The position numbers were made by a program, and so were the translations under genes. Of a stretch of 64,000 bases of DNA, positions 62,470 to 64,000 are shown piece by piece. This DNA is from Podarcis gaigeae. Taxonomy: Eukaryota. The stretch lies in the NCBI GenBank assembly GCA_964106915.2, contig OZ066916.1; one strand, written 5' to 3'. Each line of letters starts with the position of its first letter. The stretch's first letter is position 1. The notes under the pieces are model-generated. The model saw nothing but the letters and a program-made list of their open reading frames with translations. It was not told the DNA's origin and did no database searches.

Positions 62470-64000
62470 CTAGGGAATAATTAAAAGAAGAATGGCTATT
62501 TTGGAAAGTCTGTTTTGTTTATTTTAAGCCACAAAAACAAGACACCATTCTGTTTGTAAGGCCAACGCAGTTGACAGTGCCATTTGCTTCAGTCCTTCTG
62601 TTGGTAGAGATGAAAAACCAATCCCCACATTCAGGGCCAGCCCAAGATATTTTGCCGCTCGAGGCAAAGCAGAAAATGGCGCCCTGCCGCTGCTGCCTCC
62701 ACTGCCACATGCACACATCACTGCTGCTGCCTGAGGTGACTGGAAACTCCTGTGGCAGGAGAGAGAAAAGTAGAGCAGAGAGGAGCAGGCAGTAGTGGCC
62801 CCACTCTTCCCAGGCGGTGGCTGTGGCTATGGTCACCCTGCATATTCCCTCTGGTACTGAGGAATATTGCTTCTTATCATTAGACAGCAACACTATTGGT
62901 ACATGTGCAATCTCCTTCATTAGGACCAGTAGGACATAGCTGATTTCCCAAGGTAAGAATAAGGCAGTCAGGGGTGGTTGTCTCTTTAATTTTGTGCTAT
63001 GCTGCATGCCCAATGGCAGCCATTTTGTGCTATGCCACACTCCACGGCAGCCATTTTGTGACTTGCGTCCCCAGCACCCTCTCAAAATTCAAAATGCTCC
63101 CTCTATTCCAAAAAAGCTTGGCAACCCCAGACTGTGAAAAGTCTTTCTGTTTCAAGATGGACTCAAGTGGCTTAGACTAGTGTTACATTTTATTGGACCA
63201 ATGGGTTTGTCAGTGAAGGCAGCAAACCTTTGCACGTGGTCCTGGACACTTTTAATCAGGATGCATTCAGACAGAACTTTCCAGTTCTCAAAATCTGCTT
63301 TTAATGTAAAAATATGCAAAGAAAGAATAACATATCCTCTGAATCCTTTTGCGCTGAGGTGAATCACTTAGATTGAGGCATCTGATCAAGGCCTGTATTT
63401 TAAAATGAGCTTAAAGATTTGCAAATGTTTCATGCCAGGCAGAAAAGCAGCTGGCTAGGTACTTTGGCAGTTGTTTATTCTCCTGGACAAGGGCCCCCCT
63501 GATTTATAGCAGAAGCAGGAGACAAGTTTCTCAAAGTTGTAAAAAGGGAAATACAGGCTGGGAGCAAAGGTTACACTGACCCTACATATTACAGAATACA
63601 ATCAAGCTGCAAAAACACTAATTAAGAGTTGGTAAATAGTAAGATCTCTGTTTAGATAGAACTTAATACCATGAGCTATCTGTTTTAGCCATTTGTTTTG
63701 GAATGCAGGGGCAACAGGGGCAACGGGGCAAAAGGTGATCTGGTAATTAAGGTGCCTTGTCGAGGCAAATGTAAGATATATGGCAACTTGTCTGCCATTT
63801 ATGGATAGAAGGAAATATAGCTCTTTGTCTCCCATAAAAGGTAATAGGAAATGGGTGTATCTTTTATTATTGGCTCTAGCAAACAGCCAATAGGAATTTC
63901 AACCAGGCTGATTGGACAGAGGCAGCCAAAGGAGGAGCAAGGGGGCTGGGTTGAGGAAATATAAGTGCTGGCCATCAGGGCTGGAGGGCAGGCAGAGCTT

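Noticed and set aside
62519-63085. 188-aa minus-strand ORF as a GUCY1B2 exon
   Set aside because: No coiled-coil, PAS or cyclase similarity; contains repeat-like sequence.

Overview
Vertebrate genomic DNA, most likely a lacertid-type lizard (six Sauria-SINE copies plus squamate L1/L2, hAT and Tc1/mariner MITEs). The supplied ORF track is mostly noise, so the genes were rebuilt by hand from splice sites. Gene order: FKBP1B (+, last two exons), SF3B6 (-, complete, 125 aa), an orphan terminal exon of an alpha-class GST (+), a complete alpha-class GST gene (+, 221 aa), RNASEH2B (+, complete, 11 exons, 312-313 aa) and GUCY1B2 (-, last six exons, ending in a CaaX box CILF). Main observations: (1) a GSTA cassette that starts mid-gene lies between SF3B6 and RNASEH2B, joining neighbourhoods that are on three different human chromosomes; (2) the cassette is bracketed by duplicated segments with a microhomology junction at about 35300; (3) SF3B6 and RNASEH2B each require a GC-AG intron; (4) competing splice donors decide whether GUCY1B2 keeps its prenylation motif; (5) a 1.67 kb non-autonomous L1-type element has an 18-bp target-site duplication. 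I see no evidence for a wholly new gene family or molecular system; the novelty here is structural and regulatory.
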